From an uncultured Gammaproteobacteria bacterium (GTDB lineage Bacteria > Patescibacteriota > Microgenomatia > UBA10105 > UBA927): a DNA stretch of 64,000 bases. The stretch lies in the NCBI GenBank assembly GCA_964449585.1, contig CAYUZE010000001.1, forward strand, positions 140,142-204,141, written 5' to 3'. The position numbers and the translations under genes are program-made. The first letter of the stretch is position 1. Each line of letters opens with the position of its first letter. Below the pieces are notes generated by a model. It had not been told where the DNA came from. It made no database searches and saw only the letters and a list, made by a program, of their open reading frames with translations. This document shows positions 18,332 through 27,553 of the stretch, one piece after another.

Positions 18332-19723
18332 ATGCCCAAAAAAACATTAGCCAAATTTGTTTACGACAAGCTTCAAGAGGGTAAGTGGCCGGGAGTCACT
18401 CTTGATGAAAAAAAACAATCCGTTCGTATTCCAAGTGGAGATATACTCATTTCAAAAAAGGGCAAATACCATTTTTATTTCTATTATTTTTCAATAGACA
18501 CGCGTCAATTTAATTTAAGAAGTGGGTACAGTGAGCTGATTTTTCCAAAGAACTTGGATATAAGAAAAGTTCTTTATTTTAAGACAAACGGGAATTACAA
18601 GATTAATAATGAGCGCCAGTTTAAGAAAGTAGTTAATCCCCTTGGTAAACATGTAAATAATATCAAACTCTCTACCACCTCAACAAATTTAAAATTCTAT
18701 AAAGATTCCCTGATTCTTCCGATCCGCGTGTTTAAGGATACGTTAAAAGACGCTGAATATATTAATACACGAAGTACTGCATACAGAAACTCCGCAGAGA
18801 ATTATTTGTCAAATATAAAATCCCACAAATACAGTAACAAGATTAAACGTAGAACAACATACATGGAGAAAGGCGAGTTTCGTTTTTTAGTAGACCGCTT
18901 ATATCTTAAATCAAAAGAAAACAAAAGTGATTATCTGAAATATCTCGACGAATATGACCTCAAAGGGATCGAGGAATTACTTAGTGAGTTATTAAGGCAT
19001 GACGTTCTCTCAAAGGATTTTTTGAGAGTACTTAATGATTTTTTTATTAAAGAGAAACTCAAAGATATTATTGCGTTAGGAAGAGAAATACTCGCACTAA
19101 AAACTACAAATCTTACTATCGCACCAGCACAACAAGTTATCACTAAACTTGGGTTGACGGAGGCGGGCCAGTTAGAGTCGCTTTGGCAAAAGTATTTTGA
19201 AAATTATCTCTTGTATTTGATATTTACTTATAAGAAAATTTTTCCAAAGGTGGTGCTGAAGAATATAGATGGAGATAAAAAATATCCTGACTTTATTGGA
19301 ATTAATCATTATAACGGCTTGGATGTTATAGAGATTAAAACCCATCTCAAAAACGCACTTATGTGGGATGGTAGTCATGAAAATTTTTATTTTTCTCCCG
19401 AAATGAGCAAGGCCATAGTTCAGACGACAAACTATATGGACGCAATTGTGCAGGTGAGATTTCAAAACGCAGATGATCAAACTAAAATTACCCAATCTAC
19501 CGACGAAGAAAATTTATATCACCCAAGAGGGATTATAGTGATTTCATCACAAGCAAAACTTACTACGAAAATGGGACAGGACGAAAAACTAAGAAGGGAT
19601 TTTACGAAATTAAGAAATAGTTTACACAACATTGAAATTATCACTTTTGATGAAATACTTAATATTGCAGATGAATATATAAAGAACATCGTGCCCGAGG
19701 AGGAAAATGAACGAACAAATTGA
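18332..19723 (+). CDS. sduA: Shedu anti-phage nuclease (DUF4263)
   Basis: ESLWQKYF, YPDF, IEIKT, KAIVQTTNY and RNSLHNIEIITFDE. Confidence 0.85.
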   Translation: MPKKTLAKFVYDKLQEGKWPGVTLDEKKQSVRIPSGDILISKKGKYHFYFYYFSIDTRQFNLRSGYSELIFPKNLDIRKVLYFKTNGNYKINNERQFKKVVNPLGKHVNNIKLSTTSTNLKFYKDSLILPIRVFKDTLKDAEYINTRSTAYRNSAENYLSNIKSHKYSNKIKRRTTYMEKGEFRFLVDRLYLKSKENKSDYLKYLDEYDLKGIEELLSELLRHDVLSKDFLRVLNDFFIKEKLKDIIALGREILALKTTNLTIAPAQQVITKLGLTEAGQLESLWQKYFENYLLYLIFTYKKIFPKVVLKNIDGDKKYPDFIGINHYNGLDVIEIKTHLKNALMWDGSHENFYFSPEMSKAIVQTTNYMDAIVQVRFQNADDQTKITQSTDEENLYHPRGIIVISSQAKLTTKMGQDEKLRRDFTKLRNSLHNIEIITFDEILNIADEYIKNIVPEEENERTN

Positions 19724-20021
19724 TCAGCGAATTCGGAATATTCTTAGAGATCTTCATAAAGCCCACGAACGATCGATGCAGTTTAATGCCAAAGAATTGA
19801 AGCCAGGGGAACCAATCGTTCCGATGGACTTATATGATATGGCTTTAGCTTACGATGAAGAAGAGCGTCAACTTTTGTATTTGGAACTTGCTTACAGTGA
19901 AAAATATCCTCAACAATACTCAAAGGATCAAGTTGATGATATAAATAAACGAATAAACAAGTTGACTCATGATATCAGGGCTTGGCAGAATCGACAGATT
20001 CCGAGCGAATATAAAGAATAA
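19707..20021 (+). CDS. Hypothetical protein
   Basis: 104-aa helical ORF overlapping the Shedu stop, with a GAGGAGG SD. Confidence 0.55.
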   Translation: MNEQIDQRIRNILRDLHKAHERSMQFNAKELKPGEPIVPMDLYDMALAYDEEERQLLYLELAYSEKYPQQYSKDQVDDINKRINKLTHDIRAWQNRQIPSEYKE

Positions 20022-20037
20022 ATTGGCATTTAGTCAT

Positions 20038-20451
20038 ATGGAATCATTCATTCTATTTTTTGTCATCTTAGCGCTTCACACTTATGTGTTTATGTTCCAA
20101 CGCGCGACGCTTACGATAGCGAGAGTTATAGAAATACTTCCTATTGCTCAGGTTCAGGCTATTTTAACTCCTAATTGGGTTGGTGCTATCGGCTGGATCA
20201 GTACGATTGGGTTGTATGCATCACTGGTATATATTTGGCTTCAGCATGGGTTGTTATGGGCGCTCGGTGCTTTTGTTGCTAGCCATCTTTTAACGGCAGT
20301 AATTCCTATTCCGTCGGTATATTTCTATAATCTTGTTCTTCGACATCTCACCAAAGAAATTAGTCGTGAAAAGGATAACGAAAAGAAAGAGATATTTGTG
20401 GAGCTTCAGGAAACCGTAAAGAAGATCAGTAAAAATTACAGGGTTACTTGA
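20038..20451 (+). CDS. Membrane protein
   Basis: About 3 hydrophobic segments. Confidence 0.6.
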   Translation: MESFILFFVILALHTYVFMFQRATLTIARVIEILPIAQVQAILTPNWVGAIGWISTIGLYASLVYIWLQHGLLWALGAFVASHLLTAVIPIPSVYFYNLVLRHLTKEISREKDNEKKEIFVELQETVKKISKNYRVT

Positions 20452-20489
20452 TTACTGATTTTTCCATTATTCTTCTGCGGTTACTCGAT

Positions 20490-20936
20490 ATGATTCTCAA
20501 CAAGACAGTGCTGATATTAGAAGACGATTTGCGAACGCTTTCCAAGATATTGGAGCGGTTAGCAGTTGTTGAAGAAGATCAGCCGTATGATTTTGCACTT
20601 ATCGTGCTTACAAGCCACCTTCAGGTGCAGGAGTATATAAACGATCACTCAAAAACCTCATTTGACATTATTCTTCTTGATCGGGATTGTAAGCTCGGTG
20701 GGTCATTCCATGTTCTTGATCTTGAGCGACTTGGCCCGGAAAAAGTGATTGCTATTTCTTCAGTACCTAAATGGAACGAAGAAGCGAAGAAGCGTGGTGT
20801 CACGCGAGTGGTACCAAAAGACTATCGCAACCTTGACGCATTTGCTTCAAAAGTTGCCGACGAAGTGTCAGCCATGCTTAAAGGATCCCAGGTAACAGAG
20901 GCGAGTATGCACCATATTTTTGATAAAGAGAATTAA
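20490..20936 (+). CDS. Stand-alone receiver-like domain protein
   Basis: VLILEDD, DIILLDRD, VIAISS, VVPK. Confidence 0.65.
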   Translation: MILNKTVLILEDDLRTLSKILERLAVVEEDQPYDFALIVLTSHLQVQEYINDHSKTSFDIILLDRDCKLGGSFHVLDLERLGPEKVIAISSVPKWNEEAKKRGVTRVVPKDYRNLDAFASKVADEVSAMLKGSQVTEASMHHIFDKEN

Positions 20937-21472
20937 GTAAGGAGAGGCGCGAGAGCCTCTCGTATCTTTGTTTCATTGTAAGTATTCGTCACAGGAAACG
21001 AGATGAAACGTATACCTGCTTTTGTAAGAACATTTTCGATCTTCTGATCTCTATTTCTTCGATTGAATTGCAGGTGTGACTTGCCATTCAGCTCTATCGC
21101 AAGAACGGGAGACATTGCTTGTTTATCAAATAACACAAAGTCTAAAGATAGATGATCAATATGTCGGTAGAGGTTGTCATGGTCTTTGACGTCATTTTTG
21201 ACATCGAGAATGGTTGCAAGTCGTGCCTGGGGGTAGATGTAATATTTGTCGCCATAGAGTTTTATAAGCACATCAAAGAGCTGTCGTTCATCAGCGCGCA
21301 TGATAGACGGCTTTTTAGTGAAAAATCCTCGGGCATCCGCAAGATCCAACAGTTCATCATGTATTTTGTGATATTTATCTTTGTAATAGATCGCTATCCA
21401 TGCAAACAGGACGATAAAGCCGATAAGGAGAGCGAGGGCAGTATTATTGAGCGTGGCAGTAAGTATTGGCAT
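20933..21472 (-). CDS. DUF2726 domain protein with N-terminal TM helix
   Basis: E..LF..L, YPQARLA, LDFVL, AIELNG.SH, RD..I...L..AGI. Confidence 0.85.
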   Translation of the reverse strand: MPILTATLNNTALALLIGFIVLFAWIAIYYKDKYHKIHDELLDLADARGFFTKKPSIMRADERQLFDVLIKLYGDKYYIYPQARLATILDVKNDVKDHDNLYRHIDHLSLDFVLFDKQAMSPVLAIELNGKSHLQFNRRNRDQKIENVLTKAGIRFISFPVTNTYNETKIREALAPLLT

Positions 21473-21516
21473 ACATTTACTATAGATCTTCCGAGAGTAT
21501 AATCAAAGGGATTTTT

Positions 21517-22605
21517 ATGGATTACCTTCATCCAAAATCCTATTACGACGACCAGTATGATCTCCATACCATTGAGCAGTCTCTGGAATACTGGAGTGTC
21601 GGAAAGAAGATGCAGGAGAAACGGAGTGAATTCAAAGGGACGGACGAAGAATTTCAGCGGGAAACCCTGAAAGTCGTTAGCTACATGACCAACATTCTTA
21701 AGATTGAACGATTCCGTCATCGGACAGAGCAGATCGGGGAATGGATGGAAAGGGATAGGAAGATTCAGGAAGTGCTGGATATCGCAACACCGCCGGACGA
21801 TATCCGGTGTACGGCATGCTCTTCAGACACCAATATTACCTCCAGAGATCTCTTCGATGCTTACGACAAGCATCCGTACGTCCTATTTATGTTCGAGTGT
21901 ATAAAGTGTCATAAGCGACAGGCACTCTATGCAGACGGGCGACCATGGCACTACGAGCCATCCCGGTGTCCTAAGTGTAGTGAAGCGTTAGAAAGCACCG
22001 TGAAACACGGGAAGGATACCCTGACGACGATCTACACCTGTACGTCGTGTTCGTATTCCCGAAAGGATGTGGATGACTTTGCCAAATCCCGCAAGGAACG
22101 GGAAGCGAAGGAGAAACGGGATACAGAGTTACTGACCAAATACCGAAATGAGTTCTGTTACAGCGAGAAAGACGGGCAGGAAGCAGTACAGAGTATGGAT
22201 ACAATCGTTCGGGTTGTGGATGAGATCAAGGCCAAGGAGAAAAAGGAGGCAGATCCGGTGTATCAGCAGGCGATGAAGCTCAAAAAGATCAGTATCGTAG
22301 ATATGGAGAAGCTCATTGTGGATGCAGTAACCCCTCAGAAATATATCCGGTTTACCCTTGGGCAACCGATCATGGGACGATTTATTGAGGTTTCATTCAC
22401 CGTGCAGGAGGGGGATAGCAGTCGGCATGAGTACGACAGCCGGAATGAGCTCAGGAAACTTATCATTAAGGCGTTGGAAGGAACCAACTGGCGGCTCATG
22501 AGCGATGGAATAACCTTCCGGCTGGGCGTGTTAGCCGGACGCCTAAAGGGGTTAGAAAACCCCGACGATATAGCCGATTCACTTAAGCCCGAAACCGGCT
22601 CGTAA
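21517..22605 (+). CDS. Multi-zinc-ribbon hypothetical protein
   Basis: Four CxxC motifs (CTAC, CIKC, CPKC, CTSC); TATAAT at 21498..21503. Confidence 0.75.
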   Translation: MDYLHPKSYYDDQYDLHTIEQSLEYWSVGKKMQEKRSEFKGTDEEFQRETLKVVSYMTNILKIERFRHRTEQIGEWMERDRKIQEVLDIATPPDDIRCTACSSDTNITSRDLFDAYDKHPYVLFMFECIKCHKRQALYADGRPWHYEPSRCPKCSEALESTVKHGKDTLTTIYTCTSCSYSRKDVDDFAKSRKEREAKEKRDTELLTKYRNEFCYSEKDGQEAVQSMDTIVRVVDEIKAKEKKEADPVYQQAMKLKKISIVDMEKLIVDAVTPQKYIRFTLGQPIMGRFIEVSFTVQEGDSSRHEYDSRNELRKLIIKALEGTNWRLMSDGITFRLGVLAGRLKGLENPDDIADSLKPETGS

Positions 22606-22607
22606 TC

Positions 22608-22766
22608 TTACTCATCTCGCCACACGTATTTGTATCCGATTGGCGCGATAGGCTTGATCGGCCGAATTGGTTTTATCGGCTTTATCGGTTTGATGGGTCG
22701 AATAGGCGGGATCGCTTTAATGGGTTTAATTTTGAATGGATTATCTTTCACTAAAGTCCACGACAT
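22608..22766 (-). CDS. 52-aa (K/R)PI-repeat cationic peptide (below ORF-track cutoff)
   Basis: MSWTLVKDNPFKIKPIKAIPPIRPIKPIKPIKPIRPIKPIAPIGYKYVWRDE. AAGGAGGT SD upstream; synonymous codons vary between repeat units. Confidence 0.8.
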   Translation of the reverse strand: MSWTLVKDNPFKIKPIKAIPPIRPIKPIKPIKPIRPIKPIAPIGYKYVWRDE

Positions 22767-22778
22767 ATTACCTCCTTA

Positions 22779-23060
22779 TTAAATTTTTGCAGTTACCGGA
22801 CAGACTAATGGTCCATCTTGTCTGGATGCGTTATTGTACCAGTGCAACGGTCGTAAGTTGGACAGCATATCAGAACCACCCGGAATGATATGGTCGATTT
22901 CCCAACCGTTGTTAAACTGTTCGGATCGGACACCATATTGATTCCTCGCGATGTATGCGCCACATACGTCCTTGCGTATCTGGTTTGGATCTTTCCCTGG
23001 GACAATTATGCCCTTTGCCCAAACTTGCTGGACGATCATGTCGTCGTATTGTTGTGCCAT
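22779..23060 (-). CDS. Small HNH endonuclease
   Basis: VW.KG...RKD.CG..I....YG...GWEIDHIIPGGSD..SNLRPLHW.NN; AAAGGAGGTG SD. Confidence 0.85.
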   Translation of the reverse strand: MAQQYDDMIVQQVWAKGIIVPGKDPNQIRKDVCGAYIARNQYGVRSEQFNNGWEIDHIIPGGSDMLSNLRPLHWYNNASRQDGPLVCPVTAKI

Positions 23061-23516
23061 GTGTAAGTCACCTCCTTTCGGTGGAAAAAAATTCTGACCC
23101 TAAGCGGAGAAGACCGAGGACGTGTAGTGGGATTACCTCTTGCCCGTTCTCGCTTACCCCGCCTTTGGCCGGTCGGAATAAGCATTTCTCTTCATTGAAA
23201 TACCTGAGTGGAGTGTAAGATTAGCAGACGATTCAGTCAACTGCTAATTTATATATCAAACACTATCAATTTTAAGATTCAGCCACAAAGGAAAGTAGAG
23301 ACACTCCCTTTCTGTGGTGTCTCATTTGTCTCATTTAGCCTCGGCTATGGGACACAATCTGGTACAATACCTTCTAGGAGTATAGAGGGACTATAGGGAC
23401 ATTAGGGTTCCAGACCCGTATGCTCCGCAAAATCAAAATGTTGTCCTGCCCGAAGCTGAGAGGGAACGGGATAATAACCTAACTTTTTAGGTTATATAAT
23501 AATTTATATGTAACAT

Positions 23517-24608
23517 ATGGTTAATGAACTCGGTAATGATGGAACAGATATATTAGGTATTCTTCATGGTGCTTCCAACTGGACGAGCAAACGAAAAGAC
23601 AAGACGCAGTCAAGCGAGTTAGCTCCCGATGTTTCCCCTCATGTGCTAAATGAGCTGCCCTCAATGTCTGAATTACTACCAATTCGAGTATCAACAAGGA
23701 GATACACTCCGAATTCAAGTTTGGAATGGAATGATATTGGTCATCCTGGTTTTAGAGTTTTCCAACGTGAGCATGCAGCCCACAATGAATATGAAGAAGA
23801 CTTAACAAAAGCTTATGCAAAGGGTATCAATCCTGAGTCTCCCGTAAATAGAAAGATAGCTTACACAAATTCATGGAAAGCGAATCCAAATAGAGTTGCA
23901 TTTTTAGTGTTTAGCCCTGCGACTGCGGCAGACAGCGCAGTTATGAATAAACTGCAAGAAGCATCTTCATCAAGACAGTTTTTGCATATGGAAACTAAAT
24001 CAATGCCTCTCGATCGTTTTCATGAATTAATGAATCAAGGATATCCAGTTCTGAGTGCTGTTAGGCCATCCGATGATGATTTACTTTTTATTGATACTCA
24101 ATATGAACCATTGACAGAGGGAGGCAAGGGTCGTTTGGCAAGATTGCCTCAGGGAATAAAAACAGGGGTAATGATGGAAGAAATTGATATGCGTAATGGA
24201 AAAGTATTATGGACACCAGACGTTTTACAGGATAAAGGACTAATTCGTGATATCGCCCGTGCCTATCATAAATTGCGGTTATTTAAACCTGAGGCACAAA
24301 TCTATTTTCCTCAGGGGTCAGACACGATTCCTCAGTTTGGAGATGATCAAAAAACTCTTATTGCTCAAGCTCTCATGCACATGTCAGGGAAGCATTTTAA
24401 TTGGCATTCTTATGGTCCTAAAGAAAATGGTCCAGGATTCGTTCGGCTGGGTTTTTCAAGAAACAAAAAAGAAATTGAAAAGCAGGATGCGTATATAACA
24501 CCCACCCTAGTTGACGACACTGTCGACCTTATTCGTCATTCGTTTGCTCATTCCTGGCTTGAGGCACACTCACAGTGGAATAAATTGAAAGAAAAATTAT
24601 TAGGCTGA
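23517..24608 (+). CDS. Hypothetical protein
   Basis: 363-aa ORF with TATAAT just upstream; no motif recognised. Confidence 0.6.
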   Translation: MVNELGNDGTDILGILHGASNWTSKRKDKTQSSELAPDVSPHVLNELPSMSELLPIRVSTRRYTPNSSLEWNDIGHPGFRVFQREHAAHNEYEEDLTKAYAKGINPESPVNRKIAYTNSWKANPNRVAFLVFSPATAADSAVMNKLQEASSSRQFLHMETKSMPLDRFHELMNQGYPVLSAVRPSDDDLLFIDTQYEPLTEGGKGRLARLPQGIKTGVMMEEIDMRNGKVLWTPDVLQDKGLIRDIARAYHKLRLFKPEAQIYFPQGSDTIPQFGDDQKTLIAQALMHMSGKHFNWHSYGPKENGPGFVRLGFSRNKKEIEKQDAYITPTLVDDTVDLIRHSFAHSWLEAHSQWNKLKEKLLG

Positions 24609-24687
24609 TATACAAATTGTGAACTCAGGATTGAAAATTACGGTCTTGAAATAGGTTATAACACGGTAAATTGTTCTCCGCATCAGC

Positions 24688-24891
24688 ATGAAGAAAACAA
24701 CATTTTTGTTACCGGTTGGACTGTTATTTGTCCTCATGTATCTTTGTGTTTTTCTTCTTGGCAAGACCAATAGTCCGTTCGTATGCAGAAATCCGTATGT
24801 CGCAAATAATCGGGGCATCTGCGAATTCGCGGGGTGCAACTGGGGTGCTGGAGATTTGACCGGGCCACCGTTTTGCGGGGCGTACAAATAG
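24688..24891 (+). CDS. Small Cys-containing membrane-anchored protein
   Basis: N-terminal TM helix, then four Cys in a short domain. Confidence 0.45.
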   Translation: MKKTTFLLPVGLLFVLMYLCVFLLGKTNSPFVCRNPYVANNRGICEFAGCNWGAGDLTGPPFCGAYK

Positions 24892-24931
24892 GTCTCAATC
24901 AGATCCTCCACTACCCTTTCAGCAAAGCATT

Positions 24932-25573
24932 ATGAATGATTTAGGAACGTTAAATGAAACAAGCGGAAGGATTTCTTCTGCCATCGCACGGGTGGAGAGC
25001 ATTGTAAAAAACGGTCTATTTCCCGCAAGCGTTTTGATGCAAAAAGGAATGGATCACGAAAGAAGCGCTGATCCTGAACCGATGAAGTATTTAGAGGGGG
25101 TGACATGGCGGCGCGAAAATCCCGATTTATTGTTATGGGATGATCTGTACAAAAATTCGGATATCAGCGTTATCAAGGTAATGATGGAACGACCGGGTCA
25201 GGGAGATTTGCCTCAAAAGGGATTCTATTTAGCTGATGAAGTACGGAAACGAGCAATTTCAAATATACTGGTGGCGGTGCCGATAGCAAAAGATTTCCAA
25301 CCAAGAAATTTTGTTCAATTTGATCATATTCCGCCGGAGAGAATCGAAAAAATCTATATGCCTAAACGAATTTTTCAGAGTATCGGTGGTCTGCTGCATC
25401 GGTTATCTGGTCCGCAGATTGAGCAGGTTCCCTATACTACTATAGATTTTCCGTTATTAAGTAGGGTTGATCGGTTAGAGGTGCCGGATTATTATCATGC
25501 GATACAAAAGGACTTTGGTAATCCTCGGCGTGACGTGTGGCTGACTGGTGTTCGCATGCCGCTCGGATTATAA
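24932..25573 (+). CDS. Hypothetical protein
   Basis: 213-aa ORF; no family assigned. Confidence 0.55.
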   Translation: MNDLGTLNETSGRISSAIARVESIVKNGLFPASVLMQKGMDHERSADPEPMKYLEGVTWRRENPDLLLWDDLYKNSDISVIKVMMERPGQGDLPQKGFYLADEVRKRAISNILVAVPIAKDFQPRNFVQFDHIPPERIEKIYMPKRIFQSIGGLLHRLSGPQIEQVPYTTIDFPLLSRVDRLEVPDYYHAIQKDFGNPRRDVWLTGVRMPLGL

Positions 25574-25699
25574 TTCGGTGATCTTATTTTTATGGATGAG
25601 AGTTGTTGAGAATGATAATCATCACAGGTCAATATCGTGCAAAATCCGATCCCATATACAACTACATCTGACGAGGGTAAGATTGTGCCCTGATCGCAT

Positions 25700-26815
25700 A
25701 TGAATATTTCCTATACACCGAACTTTACCCACTTTTACCTGTTTTATTACGAACGGTTAAAAAAAGTTGGTTTTCTGTTGAAGTTCTCCGGTATTTTACT
25801 CATCCTGTCGTCGTTGTCATTTGCGGGGTTGGCACAGCTGTTGAATATCCTCTTCATCGTCGTGCTTACGACACCCCGGCTATTGGCATATCTATTGAGC
25901 CTCGTTGCGTTTCAGAGATACAAAAAAGGGATAAAGGCAATACAGTATACGTTTGACGATAACGGAATAACATTTCGTGACGAAAAAAAGATTAGCTCGG
26001 GCAAAACAAAATGGGAGTTTTTCACTTCTTACACCGTAACCAAGCGTTATCTGGCAGTCCATGGTACGAAAGCTTTTTTGCCGGTGATATTTTTGGTGAG
26101 AGCTAACGTATCCGGTGAACATTGGGAGAAAGTAATGCAACTTGTAAAGGAGCATTTGCCTAATAAAAAGCGTTTGCCGATTATTGCCGTAGTACTGACT
26201 ATCCTGGTTCATCTGATTTTTTATGTGCTTTATGCAATTTTGCTTGGTCAATTCGCATTGTCATTTTTGGGAATCTATCGTTTTGAATGTGTCGGATTGC
26301 AATATTGTACGGTGGTGACAAAACCCAGAAATAGTGAATGGCAGGAATATACGAATAAAACGTATGGGTATAGCTTTACGTATCCTCCCGATATGTACGT
26401 CGATACATCGTTTTACAATCCAAGCAAAGAAGAGAAACACGTACGGCTTTTGTTTTTTAATCCCACCAAAAAAACAATACCCGTAAAAAACGGCTTCGGG
26501 AATATGGAATATCAAAACGAAATTACGGTGAGGTACCTTGGAGAAAACTTATCCGATAAAGAAATTGAAGCGTACGATCGACACTATAAAAATTTTTATG
26601 CAAAAGATACCGAATCGGTAACACAGCCGGACTTTGTGCGCGGCAAGATTCTCTATCGGTACGAGAAAAGAGATAAAATAAACGATTTTTACTACCTCAA
26701 TAGTATTTTTGCCGTACATAACAGGTATTTTGAAATTTCGTTACGAGCACCGCACGCGACCCCCGAACTCAACGGCATATACGAAAAAATATTGGATTCA
26801 GTTACTCCACGTTAA
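25700..26815 (+). CDS. Membrane protein: YcxB-like domain + PsbP-like extracellular domain
   Basis: TM helices, Y.FDDNGI....W pattern, WQEYTNKTYGYSFTYP motif, ends ILDS. Confidence 0.65.
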   Translation: MNISYTPNFTHFYLFYYERLKKVGFLLKFSGILLILSSLSFAGLAQLLNILFIVVLTTPRLLAYLLSLVAFQRYKKGIKAIQYTFDDNGITFRDEKKISSGKTKWEFFTSYTVTKRYLAVHGTKAFLPVIFLVRANVSGEHWEKVMQLVKEHLPNKKRLPIIAVVLTILVHLIFYVLYAILLGQFALSFLGIYRFECVGLQYCTVVTKPRNSEWQEYTNKTYGYSFTYPPDMYVDTSFYNPSKEEKHVRLLFFNPTKKTIPVKNGFGNMEYQNEITVRYLGENLSDKEIEAYDRHYKNFYAKDTESVTQPDFVRGKILYRYEKRDKINDFYYLNSIFAVHNRYFEISLRAPHATPELNGIYEKILDSVTPR

Positions 26816-27057
26816 TTTGAGGTTCCTCAGGGGGTGAGTCGACAACATGTATGGGGTGAAGCTGTCGCGTGATGAGGGTGAGGGGGCGTGGTAATACGAA
26901 TTCGGTCAAGGTACGCCCGTAGATAAGCGCGCCGAGCGCGTGCCCCTGTTTGTTACGGAAGATATCATTTTTAAAGGGCGACCGACAAAGCGGAGTGTCG
27001 CAACAATTTCATCATCAGGTACAATAACCTGAGTAAGGCGGTAATCGAAGTGGGGCT

Positions 27058-27429
27058 ATGACTGGAGATCTTGTTGACCGATATATACAAAAATATCCCG
27101 AGACGGTGCAGTTGCGGTTACGGGAAATCCAGGAGATTATTCGCTCCGTGGTTCCCGGTGGGGTGGAGCGGATTAGCTACGGTATTCCTACCGTAGATCT
27201 TTTCGGCAAGCATGTGGTGCACTATGCCGGATTTAAAAATCACATAAGTTTTTTCCCCACACCATCCCCTATTCCGATTTTTCAGAAGGCGCTTGCCCGG
27301 TATAAAACATCAAAAGGAACCATTCAGTTCCCTGCGGATGCCCCTATCCCCCGGGATCTGATTCGACGTATAGTCGCATACAGGGTTCGTGAAATAACGT
27401 CAAACAATACAACCCGTAGCACGGAATAA
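27058..27429 (+). CDS. DUF1801 / YdhG-like protein
   Basis: VDRYI, ERISYGIP, YAGFKNHI.F.P, SKGTIQFP. Confidence 0.85.
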   Translation: MTGDLVDRYIQKYPETVQLRLREIQEIIRSVVPGGVERISYGIPTVDLFGKHVVHYAGFKNHISFFPTPSPIPIFQKALARYKTSKGTIQFPADAPIPRDLIRRIVAYRVREITSNNTTRSTE

Positions 27430-27553
27430 GCGGAAGAAGGGGACAAGTATTTCTTCAATTGCGGCTGATGAGGCGGTTTTGATCGGAAGCATTGCCGGCT
27501 TGCTGGTATTCTTATGACTATGCAATTATCGGGGGTCACGATATACTGGATAC

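Larger units (their letters stand above)
2551..23430. mobile_element. Integrated element / defence island beside the tRNA-Ser cluster; boundaries approximate
   Basis: A large serine recombinase adjoins the tRNA cluster, followed by a terminase module and dense defence cargo that looks more AT-rich by eye. A degenerate tRNA-3'-like sequence sits at about 23404..23428. Confidence 0.7.

Noticed and set aside
22640-22730. DNA tandem repeat or CRISPR-like array
   Set aside because: The 9-nt periodicity is degenerate at synonymous positions and is explained by the KPI peptide.
5197-23060. Complete prophage
   Set aside because: No recognisable portal, capsid, tail, lysis or replication genes.
26816-27057. 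Possible ncRNA in the 240-nt intergenic gap
   Set aside because: Only short scattered complementarities; no convincing fold, terminator or known motif.
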